The position numbers and the translations under genes are program-made. Positions 29,876 through 39,919 of a stretch of DNA of 64,000 nt are shown piece by piece. The stretch covers positions 12,804 through 76,803 of the forward strand of contig JAVBWN010000021.1 in NCBI GenBank assembly GCA_036677365.1, read 5' to 3'. The notes beneath the pieces are model-generated. The model was not told the origin of the DNA and made no database searches. It worked only from the letters and a program-made list of their open reading frames with translations. This stretch comes from Acholeplasma sp. (GTDB lineage Bacteria > Bacillota_I > Bacilli_A > Acholeplasmatales > UBA5453). Every line of letters begins with the position of its first letter. Positions within the stretch are counted from its first letter, which is position 1.

Positions 29876-31068
29876 CCGAATTGCTCGCCCCTGCGGGGGA
29901 TTTAGAAAAATTAAAAATCGCCATATTGTATGGCGCGGATGCTGTATTCATTGGCGGCATGGAGTTTAGCCTTCGCGCACGCGCATCCAATTTTACGTTG
30001 GATAATATCAAAGAAGGTGCAGATTTTTGTCATCAATATGGTAAAAAACTGTACGTAACCACCAACATTATTCCACACAATGACAACATGGACGCTTTGA
30101 TTGAATACCTCAAAGGCCTCGAACAGGCGGGGGTGGATGCCATCATTGCAGCCTCACCTTACATCGTAGAAACAGCCAAAAAACATACCCAAATCCCTGT
30201 CCATATCTCTACCCAGCAATCGGTGGTGAATGGCCACGCGGTGCGATTTTGGAAAGATTTAGGGGCAGAGCGTGTCGTTCTCGGTAGAGAGCTTGACATC
30301 GATGAAATTAAAGCGATCACAGCCGATTCTGAGGTTGAAATTGAAGTGTTTATTCATGGTGGTATGTGTGCTTCCTATTCGGGCAGATGCACCTTATCCA
30401 ACAACATGACTGACCGCGATGCCAACCGAGGTGGTTGTGCCCACAGTTGTCGTTGGAATTACGATTTATATGCCGATGACACCTTGATTTCAGATGAAAA
30501 AATGCCATTTTCGATGAGTTCAAAAGACTTACAGACCCTCGCATATATCCCTAAGCTCATCGATGCCAAAGTTTCATCACTTAAAATTGAAGGCCGTATG
30601 AAGTCCATCCACTATATCGCTACTGTCGTAAGAAGTTATCGTTTATTGATGGATGAGTATATCCAAACGGGCCAAATTAAAGACATAGCGATTTATGAAA
30701 AGGAAATCCGTAAAGCTGAAAACCGATTAACCTCCTATGGGTTTTTAGGTGGAATGCCAAAAGCGGAACAACAACTTTATAACTTAAGAAGTGAAGAACC
30801 GACCAAAGAGTTTCTAGGCTTGGTCGTCGATTATGACCCCAATTCTAAAATCGCGACCATTGAACAGAGAAACCATTTCATCCCAGGTGAATTGGTTGAA
30901 CTCGTTGGACCCAAATACCAACAAAGCTTTGTGATGGGAGAGATACGTGATGTGTCAGGACAAGTCTTAGATGCAGCAAGACACCCGAAACAAATCCTTA
31001 AAATCCACATCCCATTTGAAGTAAAACCCTATGACATGCTCAGAAAGGTTTTAACCGATGAAAATTGA
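29872..31068 (+). CDS. trhP2: U32-family tRNA hydroxylase (YrrO/TrhP2-like)
   Basis: ELLAPAG, HGGMC.SYSGRC.LS, NRGGCAHSCRW, SLKIEGRMKS. Confidence 0.88.
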   Translation: MTELLAPAGDLEKLKIAILYGADAVFIGGMEFSLRARASNFTLDNIKEGADFCHQYGKKLYVTTNIIPHNDNMDALIEYLKGLEQAGVDAIIAASPYIVETAKKHTQIPVHISTQQSVVNGHAVRFWKDLGAERVVLGRELDIDEIKAITADSEVEIEVFIHGGMCASYSGRCTLSNNMTDRDANRGGCAHSCRWNYDLYADDTLISDEKMPFSMSSKDLQTLAYIPKLIDAKVSSLKIEGRMKSIHYIATVVRSYRLLMDEYIQTGQIKDIAIYEKEIRKAENRLTSYGFLGGMPKAEQQLYNLRSEEPTKEFLGLVVDYDPNSKIATIEQRNHFIPGELVELVGPKYQQSFVMGEIRDVSGQVLDAARHPKQILKIHIPFEVKPYDMLRKVLTDEN

Positions 31069-31711
31069 GAAGTCTGGAAAAGTACTCGAGTATATCATCA
31101 TACCAAAACCCATAAAAAATGCGTATTTTCGAGTTAAAAATCATCAAATTGTCGTCACGAAAGGGCCGCGTATCCCGCTTCAAGTCATTGAAAAAAGACT
31201 TTTTGACAATTTCGATCAATTTCATCAACTGACTCAAAAAGCAACCGTAAACTACGATACTTTGATGTTGTTTGGACAAAACTACCCATTGGTCATTCAA
31301 ACAGGACAAATGTTTTCTTATACCATTGGTGATGTCATCACAATCACTCTTAAAGACCATAATGACATCGACCGAGCCATTCAAACCCTCTATGGCCATG
31401 AACTTAAAAAACAGTTGGATGCCTTAACCCCCTGGCTCATCGAGGCACTCAAACCATTTCATTTGTCACCTTTACCAACCAAAATCAAGTATTTAAGATC
31501 GAAGTTTGGCAGCTGTCATACACGTAAAAAAGAAATTACGATGAATGCCTATTTAGCCAAAATCGATGTCATCTTTACCAAGTATGTACTGCTTCATGAA
31601 TATGCACATTTATTGGTCCCTAACCATCAAAAACCATTTTATGATGTGTTGGATTTGATGATGCCCGGCCATCGTGCAATTCAAAAAGCGCTTCGAAAAC
31701 ACCATATATAA
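31058..31711 (+). CDS. YgjP/DUF45-family metallohydrolase
   Basis: SKFGSC, YVLLHEYAHL...NH...FY, MP motifs. Confidence 0.85.
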   Translation: MKIEKSGKVLEYIIIPKPIKNAYFRVKNHQIVVTKGPRIPLQVIEKRLFDNFDQFHQLTQKATVNYDTLMLFGQNYPLVIQTGQMFSYTIGDVITITLKDHNDIDRAIQTLYGHELKKQLDALTPWLIEALKPFHLSPLPTKIKYLRSKFGSCHTRKKEITMNAYLAKIDVIFTKYVLLHEYAHLLVPNHQKPFYDVLDLMMPGHRAIQKALRKHHI

Positions 31712-31770
31712 CTATCTAATTTTAAAAAATTAGTGTATAATTAGAGATTGTAAAAACAAGGAGTGATTTT

Positions 31771-32247
31771 ATGGCAAAAAATAAACAGGTTTTTGAACTC
31801 ACACAAGAAGGGGTAGATCAACTCAGAAGTGAACTATCTTACTTAAAAGATGTCAAAAGACCAGAAAACGTCATCGCTTTACAAGAAGCACGTGCTCAAG
31901 GCGACTTATCTGAAAACGCCGATTATGACGCAGCGAGAGACGAACAAGCAAGAATTGAAGCTCGCATCAAAGAAATTGAAAATATCCTAGAAAACTTCAA
32001 GCTCATTAGAGCATCCAACGATAATAAAGTGACCACCGGTAAAACCGTTGTATTACATTTCGTCGAGAAGAACAAAACCGCTGAATACCAATTGGTTGGT
32101 ACGATTGAAGCGAACCCAATGCTCAATAAGATTTCTACCGATTCACCAGTAGGTAAAGCCATTCAAGGGACCATTGAAGGCGACACGGTTGAAGTACATC
32201 TAGAAACCGGCAAAACGTTCCACATTCAAATCGTTGAAGTCAAATAG
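31771..32247 (+). CDS. greA: Transcription elongation factor GreA
   Basis: EARAQGDLSENADYDAA, IS.DSPVGKA. Confidence 0.96.
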   Translation: MAKNKQVFELTQEGVDQLRSELSYLKDVKRPENVIALQEARAQGDLSENADYDAARDEQARIEARIKEIENILENFKLIRASNDNKVTTGKTVVLHFVEKNKTAEYQLVGTIEANPMLNKISTDSPVGKAIQGTIEGDTVEVHLETGKTFHIQIVEVK

Positions 32248-32248
32248 T

Positions 32249-32809
32249 ATGAAGCAGGGGAAATATCTTAAATTTATCCCGAGCGAATATCAAAAATCGG
32301 TGAAAAACATCGATTTTTTACACTTATTTAAGGCAGGTTTTCGCACAGCATTCATCGACATTGATAATACGTTGGTATCCTATAAAGAACACCACCTAAC
32401 AGAGGCGTTGGTGTCGTTTTTAAAGGGCATCGAGTCGATCGGTTTTAAAGTTGTTTTAATTTCAAACAATAAACTTGAACGCATCCAAACATTTGTTGGC
32501 AACCATCCATACCCTTATGTTGCAAGCGCTAAAAAACCACTCAAACGGGGGTTTAGAAAAGGGATGTCCATGGTTGGAGAATCAGACCCTTCAAAAGTAG
32601 TCCACATTGGTGATCAATTGATGACCGATATCTTGGGTGGCAATCGCATGGGTTTTTATACGATTTTAGTCAGTGCAATCGAACGTAAAACTGACATTCT
32701 TCCAACCCGTATCAACCGTAAGATGGAAGCATTCTTCATTAAAAAAGTAAAAAAACACCAAAAAGCTTTATACGAAAGTAGGTTACGTCCGTATGTTGAA
32801 ACGTTGTAG
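32249..32809 (+). CDS. yqeG: YqeG-family HAD IIIA phosphatase
   Basis: DIDNTL, SNN, AKKP, IGDQLMTDILGGNR. Confidence 0.92.
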   Translation: MKQGKYLKFIPSEYQKSVKNIDFLHLFKAGFRTAFIDIDNTLVSYKEHHLTEALVSFLKGIESIGFKVVLISNNKLERIQTFVGNHPYPYVASAKKPLKRGFRKGMSMVGESDPSKVVHIGDQLMTDILGGNRMGFYTILVSAIERKTDILPTRINRKMEAFFIKKVKKHQKALYESRLRPYVETL

Positions 32810-33839
32810 TGGTTGTGGCGTCATCTTACAAGCGGTCAATGCCGAACAAGCTGGGTATGTCAAAGACATCGCCCATGACCTTTGTTTGGATTGTTTCAAT
32901 CTCAAGCATTATTCAAAAGTCAACTCAGTGACCATCCATACCGGGGATATGCCACAAATCAAAGAGGAAGCTTTGATTGTTTATGTATTATCCATCAACC
33001 ACTTATCCTTAAGATTGAAATATCGATTGGATAGACATTTTCCGAATTCACCAGTCATCTTGGTAATCAACCACATCGATACATTGGAACCTTCTGTGAA
33101 TCTCAATCGCATGATTCAACAAATCCGTCGCGAGGCCAATCGATTACAAATGAAGTTTGTCGATGTCATTCCGGTATCTGCCCTTCAAGATAAATATGTC
33201 GATGTGCTCATCGAGTCGATCGGACACCATCAAAAAAATCGTAATGTCTATTTGGTTGGTTTTCAAAACAGTGGTAAATCGTTGTTATTTAAACGCATAG
33301 CAAGCCATCTCAATTTGGAAACCACGGTACTGTCTGGTAAAAAACCAGGGTTGACTTTAGCCGATTTCGATATTCCATTTCAAGGGTGTCGTTTGGTCGA
33401 TACCCCAGGGATTTATTTAAAAGGCTCCATCGCTTCATTCTTACCATATGAGTCTTATAAGGACTTAATCATCGAAACCCGTGTTAAGCCCAAAATTTAC
33501 CAGTTAAATGAACGTCAAAGTTTGTATTTGGGTGGCATGTGTGCAGTCTCTTATTTAGAAGGTGGCTTTAAAGGCATTGCTTGTTATGCTTCACCAGCGA
33601 TGCAAATCCACCGTACGAAATACGATGAAACTTATGAAAAGTTCCATCAAATGCAGCCTTCGATGAAACACACCATCGAAGGGGTTAAGTTTGTGAAAAA
33701 TACATTTAGATTGGAACCCGATCAAGCCTATGAACTCGCTATTTCAGACATCGCGATGATCCACATCAAAGGCAAAGCTGCGATCGAAGTATACGCACCA
33801 GATACGATGCGCATCGTTTTGGAGGAGGCCCTCTATTGA
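32793..33839 (+). CDS. yqeH: YqeH-like circularly permuted GTPase
   Basis: CSGCG..CLDCF Zn finger, G1 GFQNSGKS, G3 DTPG; G4 divergent (NHID). Confidence 0.88.
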   Translation: MLKRCSGCGVILQAVNAEQAGYVKDIAHDLCLDCFNLKHYSKVNSVTIHTGDMPQIKEEALIVYVLSINHLSLRLKYRLDRHFPNSPVILVINHIDTLEPSVNLNRMIQQIRREANRLQMKFVDVIPVSALQDKYVDVLIESIGHHQKNRNVYLVGFQNSGKSLLFKRIASHLNLETTVLSGKKPGLTLADFDIPFQGCRLVDTPGIYLKGSIASFLPYESYKDLIIETRVKPKIYQLNERQSLYLGGMCAVSYLEGGFKGIACYASPAMQIHRTKYDETYEKFHQMQPSMKHTIEGVKFVKNTFRLEPDQAYELAISDIAMIHIKGKAAIEVYAPDTMRIVLEEALY

Positions 33840-34399
33840 ACCTCGTTGCATTGGTACAAGAAAAATTAAAGCACCATCCACACAGGTTTAACCACATTTT
33901 AGGTGTGCATGAACGGGCCCTTGAGCTACAGGCGATTTATGGTGGAAATCGATCTGCGATTGAAACTGCAGCCCTCTTACATGACTATTTCAAATATGAC
34001 ACGATAGAGGCTCAAATCGCTTGGATCAAAGACCCAAATGAAGTAGAAAAATATCGCAGTGTACCGGTCGCTTACCACGCCATCGCCGCTGCATATTACG
34101 CTAAAGAGGCATTACAAATCGATGACCCGTTGGTATTTGAAGCCATATACCATCATATTTGGGGTAAAGTTGGCATGACTCTGGAAACGATGATCATTTG
34201 TGTGGCGGATTTTTGTGAAAAAAATCGCAAATTTCACGGCGCGAAAACGGTCTATCAATTGGCATTGAATGATTTACAAAAAGCATTCATCCTCAGTTTA
34301 GAATATACCATTGAATATTTAAATGAAGACGGGTTGACCCCGTTTTATGAACAACTCGAAGTATTGAACTACTATAAGGAGACACCATGGCGTTATTAG
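33836..34399 (+). CDS. yqeK: YqeK HD-domain Ap4A hydrolase
   Basis: RFNH.LGV, ALLHD..K, H, AI.HH, VADF.E..R. Confidence 0.9.
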   Translation: MNLVALVQEKLKHHPHRFNHILGVHERALELQAIYGGNRSAIETAALLHDYFKYDTIEAQIAWIKDPNEVEKYRSVPVAYHAIAAAYYAKEALQIDDPLVFEAIYHHIWGKVGMTLETMIICVADFCEKNRKFHGAKTVYQLALNDLQKAFILSLEYTIEYLNEDGLTPFYEQLEVLNYYKETPWRY

Positions 34400-34710
34400 A
34401 AAAAATCATTAAAACGATCGACATCGTTAAAGTCACAGAAGTAAAAGTATATGATATGGAAAAAAGCTCACCCTTTTTTGATTATGTCGTTATTGCCACC
34501 GCGAACGAACGTCAATCCAATGCACTCATCCAATATTTAAAAGAATCGGTGGGGACCGAACAAATCCGCGGTTTTGAAGGTAAAACCGGTGGTTGGTTGT
34601 TGGTCGATATGGGTGAAGTCATCTTACACTTATTTTCCAAAGAAATGCGTGAATATTATGGGTTTGACAAGCGCTTGATGGGTTTAAAACAAATAGAAGT
34701 CAAGGCGTAA
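34387..34710 (+). CDS. rsfS: Ribosome silencing factor
   Basis: DYVVIAT, EG...GW.LVD.G.VI.H.F....REYY. Confidence 0.92.
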   Translation: MALLEKIIKTIDIVKVTEVKVYDMEKSSPFFDYVVIATANERQSNALIQYLKESVGTEQIRGFEGKTGGWLLVDMGEVILHLFSKEMREYYGFDKRLMGLKQIEVKA

Positions 34711-34713
34711 ACC

Positions 34714-35358
34714 ATGTCTTTTCAAGATTTATATGTGCGCTTAATCGAAGATATCGATTATGAACCCATCATCGATTGGATAAAAAAAGAACTCAAAAAC
34801 CACCAACGCATATTGGATGCTGGGTGTGGTTCAGGGGTGATTTTAATCCCACTCACCGCCTTAGGGTATGATGTGGTGGGTGTGGATATCGACACAAAAA
34901 TGCTCGCGTATGCTCAACAAGCACTCATCGAGCAATCATTACCAGTAAAATTGTTTGAACATGACTTACGAAAACCACTGGGACAACGTTTTGATGTCAT
35001 CTTACTTTTCAACGATGTCATGAATTACTTTAAAGGTGTGAAACAAGTCTTTAAGGTACTCAAACAAGCACTTAACCCATCTGGGGTCATCTTATTTGAT
35101 GTCTATAAAAGCGAGTATTTATCGGTTATGGATGGGTATGTTGAAACAGAGACACAACCCTTTTATTACCGGTGGGAAGCTTCAGTCCAAGGTGCTGTTT
35201 TATCACACATCATCGAGGACCAAAGCGGGACATATGCAGTCAAACAACATGTTTACCCTTTGAATTACTACACAGAAGTATTGGAAAACTTAGGTTTTCA
35301 TGTGCAAGTTTCTTTAGGACCAGATGAAAGAAAACACTATGTGAAAGCGAGTTTATAA
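34714..35358 (+). CDS. Class I SAM-dependent methyltransferase (YqeM-like)
   Basis: ILDAGCGSG, GVDID..ML, DVMNY, LNPSGVILFDV; synteny. Confidence 0.85.
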   Translation: MSFQDLYVRLIEDIDYEPIIDWIKKELKNHQRILDAGCGSGVILIPLTALGYDVVGVDIDTKMLAYAQQALIEQSLPVKLFEHDLRKPLGQRFDVILLFNDVMNYFKGVKQVFKVLKQALNPSGVILFDVYKSEYLSVMDGYVETETQPFYYRWEASVQGAVLSHIIEDQSGTYAVKQHVYPLNYYTEVLENLGFHVQVSLGPDERKHYVKASL

Positions 35359-35368
35359 CTCGTTTTTT
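35344..35368 (+). terminator. Intrinsic terminator
   Basis: GCGAGTT-TAT-AACTCGT-TTTTT. Confidence 0.65.
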
Positions 35369-35413
35369 CTTTTTTCAGGGGAGATTTTGGTATGTATTGG
35401 TTGAGGTGTTATC

Positions 35414-35911
35414 ATGAAAAAAATACTACCATTTTTGTTGGTTGGTTCAATCATCGTGGCTTTGGTCATTTTTCCCAGATTAGATCAGGATACCAAACCT
35501 AAAGCGGTCAATATGCCTGTGATGATCCAAGTGGAAATCCGAGGTGCAATTCATATGCCAGGGGTATATGAAGTGGTTGAAGGTACGACTTTGGATACCT
35601 TGATTGGGTATGCCATGGGGGTTCACCCTTCGGCGAACCTCCAAGCTTTAAATTTAACTACCCCGTTAACCGATGGGGTAAAATATGTGATACCTTATAA
35701 AAATCAGGATGAAATGTCTTCTAAAGTCAACATCAATCAGGCGACACTCGAACAGTTGATGACTTTGCCGGGTATTGGGAAAGTTACCGCTCAAAAAATC
35801 ATCGATTACCGCGTTTTATCCGGACCTTTTATGCGTATCGAAGATATTCAGTTGGTGTCGGGCATTGGGGTTCAAACGTTTGAACAAATTAAAGCGCTCA
35901 TTACCCTCTAG
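35414..35911 (+). CDS. comEA: ComEA DNA receptor (SLBB + HhH)
   Basis: TM anchor, VEIRGAI..PGVY, VNINQA...QL.TLPGIG...AQKII.YR. Confidence 0.93.
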   Translation: MKKILPFLLVGSIIVALVIFPRLDQDTKPKAVNMPVMIQVEIRGAIHMPGVYEVVEGTTLDTLIGYAMGVHPSANLQALNLTTPLTDGVKYVIPYKNQDEMSSKVNINQATLEQLMTLPGIGKVTAQKIIDYRVLSGPFMRIEDIQLVSGIGVQTFEQIKALITL

Positions 35912-37973
35912 CCAGCTCCACTTTTACGCCATAGGTGTGCTTTTGATTTTCATATCTAAAGCCTATGTGTGGGGGTGGTTGTTGTTTTTGGTTTTTGTGA
36001 TTTGGAGCAAACAACTGTCGTTTAAAAAAACATTGTGGGTGTTCTTAGGTATATGTTTTCTTTGGGTAGGGCTTTATCAAAATTATGTCCCTCAAAAACC
36101 CTCAGGCCGCGGGCTAGTCACCCAAGTTCAAACGGTAAAATCTGGGTATCGATATACAGTCAAATACGGTTTGTTTAATTATCATCTATACACGAAATCC
36201 ACCATTGAAATCGGTACAGTGATTAAGGTTGAAGGTGATTTTACAACGTATGAACCAGATCGATTCAACGGTGATTTTTCGAGTCAAGATTATCACAAAT
36301 CGAGGTTTGTGTACTACGTGATTTATCAACCGAAAATAGAATCATACGATGCCCTCCGTATCCCTCATCGTTATCATGACCAAATGAGAAAACACATCGA
36401 AGGCTTGCCTAAGGAAACACAACTATTCGTGAGTAGTTTGGTTTTAGGGGTGTTCGAATCGGACATGAAGGAAAGTATCACTAAAATAGGCATTACCCAC
36501 TTATTTGTCTTATCCGGTTTGCATGTCACCATAATGATAGGGTTTTTGAATCAATGCTTGTGGTTTTTACCCAAACGATTGAAACTTATCTTAGAAACTA
36601 TTGTATTGTTGGCTTATTTGGTACTGACTTTATTTCCCATATCTCTCATCCGTGCGGTCATCCAATATCTACTCTATGAATCGTTGAATGTGGAAAAAAT
36701 TCAATTCACACGGTTGGATGTATTCAGTTTGACTTGGGTAGGATTGCTCATCCTAAATCCGTTTTATTTTAAGCACACAGGTTTTTTACTCACCTTTTTA
36801 GTCAGCTTTTTATTCATCATCGGGTCGTTTAAACAAGACTTTAAAGGCGTTTTATCATCCACATTTTCTGCTCAAACGTTGGTATTACCAATCACGAGTA
36901 AGATGACTCGAAAGGTATACCCTTTGGCATTCTTGGTGACACCTTTGTTCATTCCCCTGTTTACCTATATTTTATTACCCTTATCTTGGTTATCCTTATG
37001 GCCTACGCTCGCCCATACTTTTAATCCTTTTTTCAGTAGCATCCTCGAACTGATTTCATTTTTAGAATATGAAGCGATCGGTTTATATATTCCAATGATC
37101 ACAGGGATTTGGGCTTTAATCTACTGGTTCATGTGGGCATACGCATACCTAGGTAAAACCCATCAGAAAAAAACGATAAGAACCGCCTATGTGATGATTT
37201 TTTTAATGATTTTTCCCTATTATCGTTATTTAAATCCGGTGGGGAGAGTCACTTTTCTTTCGGTAGGTCAAGGCGATACGACCATCATTGAACGGCCATA
37301 TGGGTCATGTACAGTGGTGGTGGATGCTTTTGGAGACGTCGTTGAATATCTAGAAATGAACCATATAAAAACCATCGATTATCTCATCATTACCCATGGC
37401 GATTATGATCATCATAAAGCCACAGAACACCTCATTCAAACATTCGATGTTAAACAATTGGTTTTATCGAAGTACGATTACAGTGATTTTGAAAAATCGA
37501 TGAGAAAATACGCACCAAAATATGTTCAAGCGGGCGATCGTATCTTTTGTGGAGATGTCATTCTAAACATTTTATCCCCCATAAAGGCGTTTACTTCAAG
37601 CAATGAAAATTCCATTGTGATACAAACAGAGGTATCAGGCACAACCTATCTATTGACGGGCGATATGGAATATAACGCCGAACAAGATTTGGTCAATCGC
37701 TATGGCCATCAACTTCAAAGTGATGTTTTGAAAGTAGGACATCACGGGTCTAAATCATCCACCCATGTGGGCTTTTTAAATCGGGTACAACCAGATATCG
37801 CCATCATTTCCGCAGGTAAAGACAATGCGTTTGGTCATCCCCATCAAGAGGTCTTGCAACGACTCTGGGATAAAGGTGTTAAAATATACCAAACCCCTAA
37901 GGTACAAACGATTACTTTCTTAGATTTTCCTTTTTATCGTCGTTATGTCATTTTAGTGCACAAAAAAGGGTAA
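35880..37973 (+). CDS. comEC: ComEC/Rec2 DNA uptake channel
   Basis: GITHLFVLSGLHV, SVGQGD, ITHGDYDH, LLTGD, LKVGHHGS, FGHPH; probable TTG start at 35880. Confidence 0.92.
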   Translation: MNKLKRSLPSSQLHFYAIGVLLIFISKAYVWGWLLFLVFVIWSKQLSFKKTLWVFLGICFLWVGLYQNYVPQKPSGRGLVTQVQTVKSGYRYTVKYGLFNYHLYTKSTIEIGTVIKVEGDFTTYEPDRFNGDFSSQDYHKSRFVYYVIYQPKIESYDALRIPHRYHDQMRKHIEGLPKETQLFVSSLVLGVFESDMKESITKIGITHLFVLSGLHVTIMIGFLNQCLWFLPKRLKLILETIVLLAYLVLTLFPISLIRAVIQYLLYESLNVEKIQFTRLDVFSLTWVGLLILNPFYFKHTGFLLTFLVSFLFIIGSFKQDFKGVLSSTFSAQTLVLPITSKMTRKVYPLAFLVTPLFIPLFTYILLPLSWLSLWPTLAHTFNPFFSSILELISFLEYEAIGLYIPMITGIWALIYWFMWAYAYLGKTHQKKTIRTAYVMIFLMIFPYYRYLNPVGRVTFLSVGQGDTTIIERPYGSCTVVVDAFGDVVEYLEMNHIKTIDYLIITHGDYDHHKATEHLIQTFDVKQLVLSKYDYSDFEKSMRKYAPKYVQAGDRIFCGDVILNILSPIKAFTSSNENSIVIQTEVSGTTYLLTGDMEYNAEQDLVNRYGHQLQSDVLKVGHHGSKSSTHVGFLNRVQPDIAIISAGKDNAFGHPHQEVLQRLWDKGVKIYQTPKVQTITFLDFPFYRRYVILVHKKG

Positions 37974-38011
37974 AATATAGTATAATATTCATTAAGAAAG
38001 AGGGAGATTTC

Positions 38012-38962
38012 ATGCCTGATTTGATGTATCTTTTTATCGGTAATGACCCGTTTTTAGTTGAAAACGCAGTAGAACAATTGGTGAAGAAATTAGATGTTGA
38101 CCCATTCAATGTCCTCACCTACGATTTAGATGAACACGGTCTCGATGAACTACTTCAAGAAATGAATACCATTTCTTTTTTCGCTGACAAAAAAATCATC
38201 AAAATTAAACACCCTTGGTTTTTTTATGAAGAAAAAGCCGATGATTATCTGTCCGATTTCATCAAATATTTTCATAACCCGAATGAAGATACTACCCTCA
38301 TTTTCATGTTAGAACGTGGGATGGATGCCAGTTTACCAGCCACCAAGGAAGCCAAAAAATACGTCCGTATTGAAACGGTCGCGGATATGGCCAAAGAAGA
38401 TTTTAAACCTTACGTTAAGAAAGCATTTGAATCTTTAAAATACACGATTGAAGATTTGGCTGTCGATGAACTATTAGAGCGCACAAACTATGATATCTCG
38501 ATGCTCAATAATGAGATTGCAAAACTCAAGCTGTTTGCTTTTGATGACAAACGAATCGCTTTAAAAGACATCAAACAATTGGTAGCGAGAAACCTAGAAG
38601 AGAACATTTTCGAATTAACCAACGCTGTGTTAGCCAAAAACAAAAAGCGTATTCTTGAGGTTTATTATGATTTACTTGAAAAAAATGAAGACCCGATTCG
38701 CATCATCTTCAATATTTCATCGAAATTAAAGGAAACGATTCAAACCAAGCAATTGTTGGAAAAAGGATACAACCAAGAAGCCATCGCGTCTTATTTCAAT
38801 GTGAAATCGAGCAAGGCCTATTATATGGTTAAAAATGCACAACAAATTTCTCGACAAAACTTAGAGTCATTATATGAAAAATTGTCCAACTTAGACTATG
38901 ACATCAAGTCTGGACGTATGGACAAAAAATTAGGATTAGAATTGTTTTTATTGGAGGTTTAG
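38012..38962 (+). CDS. holA: DNA polymerase III delta subunit
   Basis: YLF.G.D.FL, T.SFF...K, NE..KL, LEENIFEL, D..IKSG; comEC-holA-rpsT synteny. Confidence 0.92.
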   Translation: MPDLMYLFIGNDPFLVENAVEQLVKKLDVDPFNVLTYDLDEHGLDELLQEMNTISFFADKKIIKIKHPWFFYEEKADDYLSDFIKYFHNPNEDTTLIFMLERGMDASLPATKEAKKYVRIETVADMAKEDFKPYVKKAFESLKYTIEDLAVDELLERTNYDISMLNNEIAKLKLFAFDDKRIALKDIKQLVARNLEENIFELTNAVLAKNKKRILEVYYDLLEKNEDPIRIIFNISSKLKETIQTKQLLEKGYNQEAIASYFNVKSSKAYYMVKNAQQISRQNLESLYEKLSNLDYDIKSGRMDKKLGLELFLLEV

Positions 38963-38963
38963 T

Positions 38964-39632
38964 ATGTTGGTTGAAAAATATGAACACATTTTGGTATTTG
39001 ACTTTGAAACCACGGGTCTATACCCGAAATCCGATCATGTCATTGAAATTGGGGCGGTCTTGTTAAAAAGAGACCCCATTTTAATGCAATACCGTGCTGA
39101 ACAAGAATTATCCGTATTGATCCGTCAAGATCGTCCCCTACCAGAAAAAATCATTGAGATTACACACATCACCGATGACATGTTACTCAGGGATGGGATT
39201 GAAGAAAAGGATGCTTTTGATCAATTGAAATCGATGATTAGACCGAATACATTGCTCGTTGCCTACAACATCGCTTTTGACTATGGGTTTTTAAAAGCAC
39301 TGTATCGAAGACATGTGGACCCCTTCTATGAAATCGAAGAAGATTTGTTAGATGTGATGGCGATTTATCGTGACCGTCACCCATTCCCACACCGATTGGA
39401 TAATGTGGTGTTGACCTATCAAATCGACCATAAGAATACCCATAGAGCCATCGATGACGTCAAAGCCACCCTCAAGGGATTGACAGCGATGATCAAAGAA
39501 CGCGACACCATCGATAAATACATCAATGTGATTGGCTATAATCCCAAATACCCACCAGCAGCCCCACTCAATAAATTGGTTCGTATGGTCCCTCAATATG
39601 GAAACCGTTTGGAAATTGAGAAGCTAAAATAA
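38964..39632 (+). CDS. DEDDh 3'-5' exonuclease (DnaQ-like)
   Basis: DFETTG, IEIGAV, AYN..FD..FL, HRA.DDV.AT. Confidence 0.9.
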   Translation: MLVEKYEHILVFDFETTGLYPKSDHVIEIGAVLLKRDPILMQYRAEQELSVLIRQDRPLPEKIIEITHITDDMLLRDGIEEKDAFDQLKSMIRPNTLLVAYNIAFDYGFLKALYRRHVDPFYEIEEDLLDVMAIYRDRHPFPHRLDNVVLTYQIDHKNTHRAIDDVKATLKGLTAMIKERDTIDKYINVIGYNPKYPPAAPLNKLVRMVPQYGNRLEIEKLK

Positions 39633-39655
39633 AAAAAAACACATCCGAGATGTGC

Positions 39656-39919
39656 TTATTGTAGTTTGTTAACTAGTTGTGCAAGTTGAGACTTGTGGTT
39701 GGCAACAAAGTTTTTGTGGAAAATACCTTTGGCTTGCCCCTTATCCAATTTCTTATTTGCAAAAGATAGATTGACTAATGCCTTTTCTTTATCTCCAGCA
39801 GTTACTGCCTTCTCTACTGCTTTGATAGCGGTTTTGGTAGAAGATTTGAATGATGCATTGATTAATCTGCGCTTTTCGTTTGTCTTGATACGTTTGATTT
39901 GTTGTTTGATGTTAGCCAT
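39656..39919 (-). CDS. rpsT: 30S ribosomal protein S20
   Basis: MANIKQQIKR, KG..HKN; GGAGGTG RBS; hairpin CACATC-CGA-GATGTG after the stop. Confidence 0.97.
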   Translation of the reverse strand: MANIKQQIKRIKTNEKRRLINASFKSSTKTAIKAVEKAVTAGDKEKALVNLSFANKKLDKGQAKGIFHKNFVANHKSQLAQLVNKLQ

